Assembly (NCBI RefSeq): GCF_018350175.1
Contig: NC_058368.1
Coordinates: 76,138,001 to 76,202,000 of the forward strand
Direction: 5' to 3'
Source of the DNA: Felis catus
Lineage: Eukaryota
DNA length: 64,000 nucleotides
The position numbers and the translations under genes are program-made. Positions 1-12,530 of this stretch are shown in pieces (positions within the stretch are counted from its first letter, which is position 1; the number at the start of each line of letters is the position of its first letter). The notes under the pieces are model-generated. The model saw nothing but the letters and a program-made list of their open reading frames with translations. It was not told where the DNA came from and made no database searches.

Positions 1-621
1 GTTTTACATAAGGCCTTTCACAGAATTATTTTTGAGCCAAGTAATTTCATGTCAGCCAAATACTAACTGGTGGTACAACAGAATTGTAACATGATATATT
101 TTCTCCTCAAGAAATGCAGAATGTCTTTCGTGGTTTATCTTTCAGGACTTTGAACTGGGGATTGCAAGGGGAAGGCAGCACCAGTGAGAATGGAAGTTGG
201 GAGCCTGCCTTGTCCGTAGCCCTCTGAGCACTGGCTGCTTTTCTCAAACAGGTGCATTCCTGAGCCTGGAGACGTGCTTAATCTCCTCACTTCTCATCCC
301 CACTTCCAGACAATTTCCCCTCCCTCCAAGTCTAGCTGGGAATAATATTGCTGACTCTGCCTTATAGTCCTTGTTGTTCTCATTTACCAGGTCTCTCTTG
401 TCTTCACACGTAGAGATTTTAATACTTGTGTAGATGATCCTTGCAATAACTGGACTCTCAACTCTTAAGAATCTTTTCCTCCAATGAACTTGTCCTCATG
501 CAACTCACCATTCCCCCGTAGCCATTTCTAGATCTGGTCATGACCAAGGGTCAAGCATTCTTCTCTACTAGAACCCTGGATCCCACAATCCTTTGACTTT
601 AAATAAAACTACTACTCATTA

Positions 622-623
<2 letters not shown>

Positions 624-664
<41 letters not shown>

Positions 665-674
665 CATATAGTGA

Positions 675-720
<46 letters not shown>
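624..720. repeat. Compound (TG)n/(TA)n microsatellite
   Basis: Direct reading. Confidence 0.97.
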
Positions 721-722
<2 letters not shown>

Positions 723-1072
723 TATCTCCTACCACTCTACATTCCTATTCCTATTCAGAATAATTTCCATGGCCAAGAGATATAATCAGTGCCTTCTATA
801 TATTCTCAACATCCATTTTCCCCTCTCTCTATTGCAGGTACTTGTAAGCCACATTCTAGCCTGGATTTTACCCAATTTCTATCTCCTCCATGCCTCACTC
901 ATACAACAACTTGTGGAACTAACCATGACTGGAGAAACACAAACATCGGTACTGATGAGTCACACTTCCAATCCATGTTGGTAGCCCTAAACAGACCCTC
1001 ACACTGCCTGGCAGGCATCACCATACTGTATCTCCTTAGTGCCTTCACTTTCCTTCTCCCTCAAGTTTCCTT

Positions 1073-1298
1073 CTTTTTTTTTTTAATTTTTTAAAGTTTA
1101 TTTATTTATTTCGAGACAGACAGAGACAGTGTGAGCAGGTGAGGAGCAGAGACAGAGGGAGAGAGAAAGAATCCCAAGCAGGCTCTGCACTGTCGGCGCA
1201 GAGCCCCACGCAGGGCTTGAACTCACGAAACCGTGAGATCATGACCCGAGGTGAAACCAGAGTCAGATGCTTAACCGACTGAGTCGCCCAGAGACCCC
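1073..1298 (-). mobile_element. CAN-SINE (carnivore tRNA-derived SINE)
   Basis: Reverse head, (AG)n and poly-T tail; TSD tcaagtttc. Confidence 0.93.
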
Positions 1299-1967
1299 TC
1301 AAGTTTCTCTTTCATACATTTTCTTCTCTCCTCAAACTTCCGGCACCTTCTCTCCTATTCTCACTCATCATTGGTTTTCTTGATTCTTACTTCAGTTAGA
1401 AAACAGAAGCAGTTAGAAGGTATTCCTACAGATCCCGCCACCTGGTGAATGTCAGTCTGTACATTCTGCCTTCCCCCCCTTTTACGGTGGCAGCCCAGCC
1501 ACGTTCCTGGTAGAGGCTCCCCCATCATGCCCTCGATGCTGTCTTCTTCGACACTTAAGGGCATCACTCAAGTTATTCTCTCCTTTCTCCTCTACATCAA
1601 ACACAATTTCCTTCACTAGTAAATCATTCTCATCAGAGTATAAACACGCCATTGTTTCTTGCATCATAAAAGAAAAAAAAAATCTTACCCTGTCTCTCAC
1701 ATTCTCACCCTCCAAATAGTAGATTGCCTCAAAAGCGTTGTTTGTACTGGATTTTCTAGGCTTCACCTAGTTTCATTCTAAACAGATTCACCTCCATGCT
1801 ATGATCACATCTACTACTATGAATGCACTCAATGACCTCTACATTACTGAAACCTAAGATCAATATCCACATCTGCGCTGTCAGAAGAACGGGACACAGA
1901 TGGGTATTTTTAGAAAAGAGGAATGGTCCTCAAGTAGTAGAAATTAGGAACAAGAACACCTATTCCA

Positions 1968-2095
1968 GGGCGCCTGGATGGCTTAGTTGGTAGAGCATAT
2001 GAGTCTTGATCTCAGGGTCATGAGTTCAAGCCCCATGTTGGGCATGGAGCCTACTCAAGTTTAAAAAAAAAAAAAAACATTAATAATTAAAAAAA
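1968..2095 (+). mobile_element. Short, older-type CAN-SINE
   Basis: gggcgcctgg head, B-box gagttcaagccc, A tail; TSD-like aagaacac flanks. Confidence 0.85.
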
Positions 2096-2859
2096 GAACA
2101 CATACTCTACTTCTCTCTCCTTCAAACACACTCTTTAGTTAGGCCCCAAGATACTACCATGCCCTGGTTCTCCTCTCACCTTGACCAGCTTATCATCTCT
2201 GTTTCCTTCCTCCTTTACATCTTTATAGGAAGTATATCCTTATAATACGGGGACCCTAAAGGCTCTGTCTTTGGACCTCGTTTCTCTATGCACTCACCCT
2301 CATGTTTATAGTTTCTAATGCTTTCATATTAATGTTCTGAAACTTGTGCCCCCCCGTCCTGACTTTTCCTTAGAATTCCAGACCCACATGTCTAACTCTG
2401 TATCAAAATTCCTTTTATTCAAAGATCCATTCTCAGCGCTAGTGAGTTCCTTGGCTCAATGCCTGGATGTTCAGTTTGCACTTCTCCTTTTACCTCCATA
2501 CTCTGGCATCTCTGTGCCCACCTTGAATAGTGTGGTAGGAAGAAGAGTTTGTCACATCTGTGCAGTGCCCTCAGAATCATCACAGGCTTCTGCTGAAGAG
2601 TAGTTGGTCTATTTGGCCCTGGACTAGTAAATCTCTAGCATGTGTTTGGAAAGGTGGATTAAGGCCAGTATCCCCTGATACAAGCATTCCCTACCACCTG
2701 CCCCCCCCCAAGAAGTATTTCATGTCTGCTATTTTAAAAACAGATCTGCAATGGTTCTATTACAGTTTTACAATGCTCTAGACACAATGCACCCCCTTAT
2801 CATCCGCACATGATATTCTACTTTACCATCGCTGTCACCAAACTCACTGATTTAAAAAA

Positions 2860-3074
2860 ATTTTTTTTTGATCTTTATTTATTTTTGAGAAAGAGAGAGA
2901 GACAGCGTATGAGCAGGGGAAGAACAGAGAGAGAAGGAGACACAGAATCCAAAGCAGGTCCCAGGCTCTGAGCTGTCAGCACAGAGCCCAATGCAGGGCT
3001 TGAACTCACGAACCATGAGATCATGACCTGAACCAAAGTCGGCCGCTTAACTGACTGAGCCATCCAGGTGCCCC
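2860..3074 (-). mobile_element. CAN-SINE
   Basis: Full reverse copy; TSD tcactgatttaaaa. Confidence 0.93.
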
Positions 3075-4167
3075 TAAATTCACTGATTTAAAATACCCTC
3101 AACTTTATAGTCCTAAGACGTCTGCATCGCCCCATTGAAGGTAGACAGTGGAGGGAAGGGAGAGGAAAGATGACCAGAGCAAGTGAGTTCCTCACAGAAC
3201 TCACTGTAACTCACTTAGCCTAGAATGCCTACCCCACAGGTTTTCAACTCTTTTGGTATCTTCAAGGCACTGTCCTTACTTTGGTTCTGGTGTCCCCACC
3301 CCTAGCAAATGTCACTTCTCACACAAATCTCTCCCTTGCAAACAGCCATAGTTTGTCTTTCCCTTCTGCCTCTGGTGGGTGAGCTTGGCCAAACATCACC
3401 TCGGTTAGATGAGAGCAGGTAAATATAGCTACACAAAAATGCCTGACCATTCTGACAGATCACACTTGAGATCTCTTGTCAGAAAAATCAAAGCATGCCC
3501 TTGGCTGTGCTGAACAACCCCACGTTTCATTACACTCACTAAAGAACTACTTCCTCACTTTTTCCCACTTCTCCTGCCTCCAACAGCTTTCCTTTGTTCT
3601 CGCATTCAGCTAAGGGCTCAGCCTCTTACTTCATTGAGGAATTATTAGCATTCAGAATAGATGCAGGTTATAACCTGAATAACACCTTTACCAGCCTACT
3701 TGGGTCTGAACCATATACATACTCTACCTTTGTTCTCAAAATTGCAGGTGCACTGCATGTATTTCTATCCAGTAGTCCTGGAGAAGCGGACCTCAAACCC
3801 CTTGCGCAAGGTCAAGACCTTTACATTTGAAGTTTGCATTCATATTGCTACTTCATCAAGTATTCCATTTGATGTTTTATATACTCATTTTTATATATTG
3901 TTAAATCTTTCATCATAAAAAACAATAATAAACTATACTTCCCTGGACACAAGCCATCTCCCATTTCACAACTTAGCAACACCCTCCAAGAGCTGTCCGT
4001 ATCTGTTGTTCTACTTCTCTCTGTTGTTTATGCATCAGGGAGGTAACACACGCCAATGCCTCCACTTGGAACACATTTCCCTTTGAACAACACCCAGCTC
4101 ATCACATCACTTCTTTGTCCAGCTCTCTGATCAGAATACTGTTTCTTTAGAGAAGCACTTTGATCAT

Positions 4168-4382
4168 CTTTTTTTTCCAAGTATTTATTTCTTTATTTTT
4201 GAGAGAGAGAAAGAATATGAGTAGGTGAGGGGCAGAGAGAGAGGAAGAGAGAAAATCCCAAGCAGGCTCTGCACTATCACCACAGAGCCCAACTCAGGGC
4301 TCGAACTCACAAACCATGAGATCATGACGTGAGCTCAAATCAAGAGTCGGATGCTCAACCGACTGAGCCACCCAGGGGCCCC
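4168..4382 (-). mobile_element. CAN-SINE
   Basis: Full reverse copy; TSD tcatcttttt. Confidence 0.92.
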
Positions 4383-4464
4383 GGTCATCTTTTTAATAAG
4401 CCATCCCCATATCCCAAGGGACTCTCCATTACTCTTGAATTCTTCTTATCATTTACCACCTCCT

Positions 4465-4519
<55 letters not shown>

Positions 4520-4971
4520 ACCTTGTATGTTCTTTTTTTCTATCTCTCCTTTAGAATATAAACCTCCAGAAGGCCAGTGACTTGGATTACTATGTTCAGG
4601 ACTAGAGGAGGGCCTGTCATCATTTCAGCCTACACTATGTTTGGTAAGTGAATGAATGAACCAAAAAAATTCTTATATTTATTTTTTGCATTGAGATGCT
4701 ACCAACAATTTCATTTGTAACAGGGTGTTGACAACCCAAAAGTTTGAAAACTTCTGTACCAGATGATAAACTCCCCTCTTCACTCTTTTTCTATTAATAT
4801 CTTTTGGTCTCGGCCACATTGCATTCCAGCTTTTTGGTTATAATTCTATCAAAGAACTTGTCCAAAATACATAATTAAATCCATTGTATAACAAAGAAAT
4901 TTTTTTTAAAAATCTGAGTACTCCTAGCATATTGATACTACAGCCTCAATAATCTACACTTGGAAGAATTA

Positions 4972-5196
4972 TTTTTTAAAAATTTTTTTAGCATTTATTC
5001 ATTTTTGAGAGACAGAGCACAAGCAGTGTGGGGGGCAGGGGGTTGGCGGGGGGCAGAGAGAGGGGGAGACACAGAACCCAAAGCAGGATCCAGGCTCTGA
5101 GCTGTCAGCACAGAGCCCAATGCAGAGCTCATGAACTGTGAGATCATGACCTGAGCCAAAGTTGGATGCTTAACCGACCAAGCCACCCAGGTGCCC
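4972..5196 (-). mobile_element. CAN-SINE
   Basis: Reverse copy ending cccaggtgccc; TSD-like tactt.gaagaatt. Confidence 0.92.
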
Positions 5197-5419
5197 TACT
5201 TCGAAGAATTCTAAAGAGTGAAGAGTTATTCTGTTATTTGAGAGGACATTAACTGTTTTAAATGAGTCGTTATCCAAAGTCATCCGCACCCGACATTACA
5301 GGTGAGGTCTACTGGAGGCAGTCCTGGAGACCAGTATTCATATTCAGGCTTATCCTCTCGCATGTGAATTTGGGCAAGTCTATTTCAGAAACTTCTATAA
5401 AATGGAAGAGTAGACATCA

Positions 5420-5940
5420 TAGTGGACAGACTGCAGGGTGGCCCTCATGTTTTATGCTCTGTCTCTTGCCTTCCCCTTGAGTGCAAGGGGGACTTTTGAC
5501 TTGCTCCTGACACTGCACAAATCATGGGATGTCACTCCTGTGATTTGGTTTTATGCTACATTACATAAGACTTCCATCTTAGCAGATTGGAGGGAGGTAA
5601 ATCTGGCTGGCTTGATGAAGCTTGCAGCCAGGTTTGGAACATTCACATGACAAGAAACTGTGGGCTGCCTTCAGGACCTGAGGGCAGCCCCTGGCCAACA
5701 AGCAGCACAAGTCTGGGCCCTCAGTCACACAGCTTCAGGCAAAAAAATTCTGCCAACAACCTGAAACAGAGTGGAGAGAGATTCTTTCCTAATCGAGCCT
5801 CCAGATGAGAACACAGCCCAGCTGACAGCCTGACTGTGCAGAGAATGCAGTTAAGTCATACCTGTACTCTTGATTTATAGAAACTATGAGATGACTGACA
5901 TCTATGTTTTAAGCCACTAAGTTGCGGTACTGCTTTATGA
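5420..5940 (+). mobile_element. MLT1-like (MaLR) solo LTR
   Basis: Characteristic segments aattctgccaacaacctga, gagcctccagatgagaacacagccc and ttttaagccactaagt. Confidence 0.75.
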
Positions 5941-6231
5941 GACCAAAAGGGCCACCATACTTAGAGTTATAATAACGGATAAGATAAAGGAATGAAGAAT
6001 AACTTTGACCACCATGAAGATACCCATCGTGGTCTATGGAAAGTCAGTGGAGAAAGATCTCCCTTTCCACTCACTGAGGCTACAAGGTAGAAATGGTTGC
6101 AGGGCCCCAGGGTGGAAACTAAACTTCATTACTTGAATCACCAGTGTAATAACATGAAAGGAAACAGTAACAAGCCCTTGTCTTATTTCTACTTAACATT
6201 TACATCAGAAAAAAATTGTTTTTTACCTTAC

Positions 6232-6261
6232 CTGATTCCCAAAATAGTATTTTTTGCTCCC
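6232..6261 (-). other. Putative 30-nt exon (GSKKYYFGNQ in phase 0)
   Basis: Acceptor aaatcctgcag|G, strong donor CAG|gtaagg. Adjacent to an L2-like remnant, so it may be cryptic. Confidence 0.25.
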
Positions 6262-6400
6262 CTGCAGGATTTGTAAGCACTTCTTACAATCATAAGAAAT
6301 TATTTGTGTATTTATATGCAGAATGACCATTTTCCTTTGAGATGGGGACAAAAACAGCATCTGCCGTTTTGGTAACTGCTTAAACTTAGTGATTTCTCAT

Positions 6401-6615
6401 GGCCCCTGGGTGACTTAGTCAGTTGAACATCCAGCTCTTGATCTCAGCTCAGGTCATGACCCCATAGCTGGGATCAAGCCCCGCATCAGGCTCTGTGCTG
6501 ACAGTGTGGAGCTTGCTTGGGATTTTCTCTCTCTTCTCTCTCCCTGCCCCTCCGATGATTACTCTTCATCTCTCAAAGCAAATAAATTAAAAAAACAAAA
6601 AACAAAAAACAAAAA
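6401..6615 (+). mobile_element. CAN-SINE inserted in an L2-like 3' end
   Basis: TSD cttagtgatttctc on both sides. Confidence 0.9.
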
Positions 6616-7309
6616 CCTTAGTGATTTCTCAATAAATGTCTGTAGAACTGAGAAAGACCAGTTGAATGCTCTTGAATGCTCACAGGGTAATTCAATGACC
6701 CCATTTCCAGCTCTCTGCTCAATCCTCTATGGATCCTATGGAGAAGTTTTGCAAAGCATCATCTCTATTTCTGGTCCATGAAAGCGTGCTCAGCACATTT
6801 TTTGGTGTACAGGATGGCAGTGATTCCAATTAGCAATAAAGGTGATCCTGTAGATAATATACAAGGGGGGATGTGAGGCTACGACTGTGCTCAGCTCCCT
6901 GAGCCACTGGGCACTGTTTTTTGTCCCCAGAAAGCTTTAGACAAAAAGCTACAGACTTATTCAGAACCTCTGGCTTGATAAGGGCTGCTGGAAATTCTAC
7001 ACAATAAGAACAGTCTATACATAGATCTTTTTTTTTTTTCTTAAGCCACTGTTCCCTTCTACCACCATGACAGATATTATCTTTGATGTCTGGGAGTTAT
7101 ACTTACTTATTTTTATGTTACGGGAAGTCTAAATATAATCCTAGAAATCAGGGGGAGAGATTAAGAGTTTATTTTATTCCCCTCAAGAAAAATGTCCAAA
7201 TTTGTAAGTAGAGATAGCAAATGTTGTTACTGTCCTTGTTCACTAAAACATCCTGGAAGACTTGTCAACACATCCTAGTTTTGTTTTGTTGTGTTGGGTT
7301 TTGTCTTAC

Positions 7310-7411
7310 TACCCTCATCGAAGGAAGGCATTTATGCTCATCCCAAGCCTTCTGATGCAGGAATGCTTGCGATGGGTGGTAGGGGAATATATATCCCATT
7401 ATTAGTAACAG
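7310..7411 (-). other. Putative 102-nt exon, open in phase 0 (LLLIMGYIFPYHPSQAFLHQKAWDEHKCLPSMRV)
   Basis: Acceptor cattccttggttatag|C, donor GTA|gtaaga. Confidence 0.3.
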
Positions 7412-7723
7412 CTATAACCAAGGAATGACTTGTAAAATTGGATAATTAGCCTCTTTCATCTTGGCGAGATTAACAATATACCATCCCAGAAATGGGGGTC
7501 AGGAGATAAGCCCCTGCTTTGCTTGAACCAATGTGACCCACCGGTGGGGAAACCTCAGCAGGATAAACCATTAAAGGTACCTGCTTTCATGGATATTGAA
7601 CTTTACCAGGACATTAAATCTAAGGCTTCCCATTTTTCAGTTTATTAATAGATTCTACTTAACATCCCTGACAAAAACAGTGCTAAATCATCTATGCTTT
7701 TCTTCAGAGCACCCAATGATTAC

Positions 7724-7816
7724 CTCCAAGAGAAGACTTCTGAACCTTGGCGTTACCATGGAAATATGAAGCGGAGTCTCAGAATCCGTTCACTTTTCCA
7801 AACCATCCAAATGTTC
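7724..7816 (-). other. Putative 93-nt exon with one in-frame TGA in phase 0 (EHLDGLEK*TDSETPLHISMVTPRFRSLLLE)
   Basis: Acceptor acattttaaaacag|G, donor GAG|gtaatc; internal alternative donor ATG|gtaacg would give 60 nt. Confidence 0.4.
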
Positions 7817-8095
7817 CTGTTTTAAAATGTCATCACTAGTAAATCTACTTTGTTTCATTTTAAAATGTGCACAGCAGTAATCCAGGGAAGTAGTAAGCCT
7901 TTTATTAGCCTCCAGTATTGCAATCCTAAAAGTACTTATATATAATAAATATATATTATGTTTATACATTTTGTCCTAACAGAAATGTCTATACAAAGCA
8001 ATTTTCATAATTTTTGTGATAAATTTCTATTCTACCACATTAAGAGCTGGAAATGATTTTTTCTTGGAAAGTTGACAGGAGCTGAACAAAATGCA

Positions 8096-8161
8096 TATAT
8101 TATTAAATATATTTTTATATATTATTAAATATATATTATATATATTATATATTATTTAAAC

Positions 8162-8233
<72 letters not shown>

Positions 8234-8240
8234 ACTATAT
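8096..8240. repeat. AT-rich low-complexity sequence plus (TG)n(TA)n microsatellite
   Basis: Direct reading. Confidence 0.95.
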
Positions 8241-8337
8241 ATTTAATTGTTTTCCCAAGTCCATTTACTCTGAAAACAAAATGGGTCAATATATATTTGA
8301 AGTAAATGAATATATACAACATTTTTACTTTTATTAC

Positions 8338-8373
8338 TCCCCATGTCTTCTCTTCTCTGCATTTTTATGATGC
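8338..8373 (-). other. Putative 36-nt exon; reads AS* (TAA) in the joined frame
   Basis: Strong acceptor tttattttctgtctttctaattag|G, weaker donor GGA|gtaata. Confidence 0.35.
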
Positions 8374-8952
8374 CTAATTAGAAAGACAGAAAATAAATAA
8401 ATAAAGGAAAATGAGTTTAGTCCCCATTCTCTACAGCTTATAAACTTCAACAATGTTGAACTCCCATAAGAATGAGGATCATTTTTACTAAGGATACAAT
8501 AGCTATATTCCCCAGAGCTATTGTGAATAATTTTATAGATCATAAATAAAAAAAAATTTAATGTATGCAAAATATGGCACAGGAAGAACTACAGCCATAT
8601 GTACAATTCACAAAAATAAATCACGTCATTTCTGGCTGTTAATTAAGTCTGTTTAAAAGCTTTTCTCTCATATTTAATGCATCTTTGAGAACAGCAGAAA
8701 AAAATCTCATTGACCAAAATGTGCTAATGTGCAGTTAATTTAAAAGAAAGATGGAAATTTTTGAATCACGATCTAAAATTAATTACTGATGGGGCAAGGT
8801 CTTTTTTCAGTTTGACAGAAATAGCCAATTATAATTTTGTACTTTAAATGCTGTTTCTTTGAAGCACACAGGCTTCGAAATTCGTCCAAAGCAACGTTAT
8901 TTCTCAAAAGCAAATTTACCTTGGAAAACATGTCTTCCCTTTGTTAGCTTAC

Positions 8953-8980
8953 CAATGGATTAAATCCTCTATAAAACAGT
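8953..8980 (-). CDS. Putative micro-exon, 28 nt (LFYRGFNPL)
   Basis: Strong acceptor ttatttttctttcacccaccacag|A, donor TTG|gtaagc. Confidence 0.5.
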
Positions 8981-9933
8981 CTGTGGTGGGTGAAAGAAAA
9001 ATAATTCCTTTTGATTGATTTTGAAACATATTTCAGGACTTGATGAAGACATGTTCTCTGGAAAACCCAGAAACCTTAACTCGCCGTTTCCTGAAGCTCC
9101 TGTCAACTTCCCCAGAAAACGTATTTTGAGTTCTTCATGTGATAGAACAGAAACTTTCTCTCTAAGATTTATGAAAAGAGAGGGACATAGACACTTGTGT
9201 TAGGACAGAAGGAAAAACTTCTCACATACTGACAGCTTATCAAGCATCCTAACAAAAGGTGTGGTTTCTCTCTTCAACTGGTTGTCCAACCATGTGCAAT
9301 CTGGAAGTGGCCCAGGAGCCTGTCTCTACTCAGCTCAGGGAGTCATAAGAGGGAAGACAAGAAATAATCCACGATTCAGAGACTGTGGCTGTTGAAACCA
9401 ATAGAACGTCCTGCCGTCCAGCTGGTTCGGCTGCAGGGCGTCCCAGCTACAGAGTCACAGACCCCAACATCTAAAATGCTCAGACCAATGTGGCTATTCC
9501 AGCATAAGAAACCTCACAGGGCTGCTGTCTGTTTTTCAGATTTTTCACTGTGCACAATTGTCAAATTCTGTACTACTTAATGTTTTAGCTTGTAAACGGA
9601 AAGGTTAGAAAGACATCCAACTGAAGGCAGGAGGAAAAGAGAGTTTGGGATTTTTTTGTTTTTGTTTTTAAGATGACTATGTCTGAATATTAGGCTTATT
9701 ATGCTTATTAGGCAACATCGTTCTAAGTAGCTCACATATTTTTACTGATTCACCCCTGCAACTAAATGACAGATGAGGAAATGAAGGCAACAGAGAGAGG
9801 CCGATAATTAGCCCAAGGACACATCTAAATAGCAGAGCATTTAAACCCAGCATCCCAGGCTTGGGGACAATGTGGTCCACAAATCCATTACACTTTCCTT
9901 TCGTGGTCAAATAAACTAATTTAATTAAAAAAA

Positions 9934-10133
9934 ATTTTAACATTTATTTAGTTTTGAGAGACAGAGCACAAGTGGGGGAGGGTCAGAGAGAGAGGGAGAC
10001 ACGGAGTCTGAAGCAGGCTCCAGGCTCCGAGCTCTCAGCGCAGAGCCCAATGCGGGGATCCAACCCTTGAAGCGTGAGATCATGACCTGAGTCAAAGTTG
10101 AACCCTTAACCAACTGAGCCACCCAGGCACCCC
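9934..10133 (-). mobile_element. CAN-SINE
   Basis: Full reverse copy. Confidence 0.92.
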
Positions 10134-10269
10134 TAATTATTATTATTATTTTTTTTAATTTCACTTAATTGAGTAGGTCTGGCATTATTCAGGTCCAACT
10201 TCAAAACTGGTTCCACAACCTATTTTATAATATAGTAACTGGGTATTGAGCAATTACCTAGGCTTTCTC

Positions 10270-10990
10270 TAAATTCATTCATTCATTCATTCATTCGAGC
10301 ATTCAAAATGATGTCAGACCCTCTGCTGAATCTGGGGCTATTTTCTGCACCCAGACAAGTATGATTCCTGCTCTGAACTCTGCACTCACATTCTAAGGGG
10401 AGAATAAGAACCAGCTGTCATACATGGGATGAACATAGCAAAAGGGGAAGCACATATTGATGTAATGCCAAGAAGCATGTGGGGGTGGGAGGAGGGCTGA
10501 GAAGCAGAGGAAGGGTCAACAGCAGCGAATGGGGATCATGCGGAGATTTGAAGGCAGGGAGAAGTTAACTAGTCAATGTTGTGGGGAGTGGCTGTATCCC
10601 AGGACTTAAAGACCAATGTGGCTGAGTGAATAGGACCAAAAGGGACCCAAAATTGGGCTGGCAAGAAGGCCAGGATGGCTTATTCCGGGCCCTGCAGCTG
10701 AACTGAGGACTGGGGACTTCATCAGGTGGGCAATGGGAAGCGATTCAAGGCTTAAGACCTGGGGAGGGTCCTGTGCCAATTATAGGTCTTAAAAGATGTC
10801 TCCGGTTCCAGCAGCAGGTGAGAAGAACAAATCCGTACACCTGCCGGGAGACTATGACGGTTGAGCAAGTTCAAGATGGTGGTGGCTCATCCCCAAGGGG
10901 GAAGGATTAGACAGACGCTCAGTGTGTAGAGTGAACAGGGCAGGTAGAAAAGCAATTGAATCAGCTGGGGGAGGGAAAGACAGAAAGAAG
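10270..10990 (-). mobile_element. Ancient L2-like remnant
   Basis: (ATTC)n reverse terminus followed by a purine-rich L2-like body. Confidence 0.55.
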
Positions 10991-11110
10991 CCAGTGACAC
11001 TTTCCTTGTGGACAGCATTCACGTATTACTCTGTTCCTTTCTGGATTAAGTCTCAAAACATGATACAGGCCAAAGGACTTATAAAACCACTTCCTTGACT
11101 TCAGCAAATA

Positions 11111-11330
11111 TTTTTTTTTAATTTTTTTTTCAACGTTTATTTATTTTGGGGACAGAGAGAGACAGAGCATGAACGGGGGAGGGGCAGAGAGAGAGGGAGA
11201 CAGAATCGGAAACAGGCTCCAGGCTCTGAGCCATCAGCACAGAGCCCGACGCGGGGCTCGAACTCACGGACCGCGAGATCGTGACCTGGCTGAAGTCGGA
11301 CGCTTAACCGACTGCGCCACCCAGGCGCCC
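11111..11330 (-). mobile_element. Young felid CAN-SINE (SINEC_Fc-like)
   Basis: CpGs intact; TSD acttcagcaaatattt. Confidence 0.96.
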
Positions 11331-11805
11331 CAACTTCAGCAAATATTTCTAATATCAAGTGTTTTTAACGTTCAACGGATGTTGGACATTCCACATTCAA
11401 CATCAACGGATGTTCAACATTCAAACGGATCTAGGTTTGTGTTCCCCTTTCTGTAAGTAAAGGCCTTGTGGAAGAAAAGTAAAATACTTTTGATTGTTGT
11501 CAGAAGACCCTCACGACACACACAATTAAACTAGCTTTACATTCTCTTGCATTCCCATATTTACATTTATATTTAACTTTGTAGGGATGAGTCAGAGCCT
11601 CACACGTGGTTGTACCGACTACACCACACAGCCACGCTCTGCCAGGACAACAGCTCTGGAAAGGGCATCACTGATTTACTTTCGTGGTTGTGTAAATTAA
11701 CTGTAAAAGATGATATGGTTCTTCAGCACTATTGAGTAATGTTGCTCAGACTTTGCTTGGGTGTCACTCAACTTCTACAGTAACATCGCTAGACAAATGA
11801 CTTAC

Positions 11806-11823
11806 TTCTCGCCTAAATAATGG
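11806..11823 (-). CDS. Putative micro-exon, 18 nt (CHYLGEK)
   Basis: Consensus donor GAA|gtaagt, acceptor cattttcatcgtattag|C. Including it removes the TG|A stop otherwise formed at the next junction. Confidence 0.35.
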
Positions 11824-12037
11824 CTAATACGATGAAAATGTCATTTCCTCAGTCATATAGACAAAATATTCAAGATTGAATAAATATTAATTGAGTCTTT
11901 GAGTGCCCTGAGATCAGGTTATTCATGCAAAGGTAAGAATGGCCAACCTAAGTGGAGCGATTCCTTAATGCCGGGCACCAAACTAAGAATTTCACACATG
12001 CTAACTCATTTACTTCTCACAAAAATGTAGATGGTGT

Positions 12038-12058
12038 TTTTTTTAATATTTTTAATTT

Positions 12059-12102
<44 letters not shown>

Positions 12103-12228
12103 CCGAAGCAGGCTCCAGGCTCTGAGCTGTCAGCACAGAGCCCGACACGGGGCTCAAACTCACGAACCACGAGATCATAACCGGAGCCAAAGTCAGACGC
12201 TTAACCAACTGAGCCACCCAGGTGCCCC
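12038..12228 (-). mobile_element. CAN-SINE within a MIR-like remnant
   Basis: Reverse copy with a long (AG)n. Confidence 0.92.
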
Positions 12229-12487
12229 TGGGCAATAATATTTAGATCTTTATTTTGTGGATGAGAAGTGAAGATCTAGAATTTAACTGTCCTGCCCAAA
12301 GTCAAAAGCTAGGAAGCTACGGAGAGAGCATTCAAAGCAACCATCCTGCTTTGACAGCCTACATTACCAGAAAAACATGGAGCTTCTCCATGGAGAATCA
12401 CTCCTCTGCCCAGACAGGGAAAGCAAAGTTCCAAACGTATATCTGAATAAGCACACCTTAAAATAATCCCATTTAATGTACATATAC

Positions 12488-12530
12488 CATGTCTCTTCCC
12501 TGGGAACGTCAACACTATAAAGAAGATCAT
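12488..12530 (-). CDS. Putative micro-exon, 43 nt (YDLLYSVDVPREET)
   Basis: Acceptor ctactctattttag|A, donor ATG|gtatat. Confidence 0.45.

Larger units (their letters stand above)
330..4660 (+). mobile_element. Fragmented ancient LINE2-like remnants interrupted by SINEs and microsatellites
   Basis: Pyrimidine-rich L2-like segments ending in the typical L2 3' terminus ...gaatgaatgaa at ~4650-4660. Confidence 0.55.

Noticed and set aside
7580..7619. Segment ending in donor CAG|gtacct
   Set aside because: Acceptor lacks a pyrimidine tract and phase 0 starts ATT TAA.
9574..9620. Strong minus-strand acceptor ctcttttcctcctgccttcag
   Set aside because: No credible donor and stops in every frame.
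11137..11456. Recurrent ORFs such as GRHRIGNRLQALSHQ and VAQSVKRPT (also at 2.9, 18.6, 30.1, 51.4 and 59.1 kb)
   Set aside because: CAN-SINE translations, not a gene family.
11680..11700. 21-nt AG/GT-bounded segment
   Set aside because: Creates an immediate TAA in the joined frame and appears to lie in an old repeat remnant.
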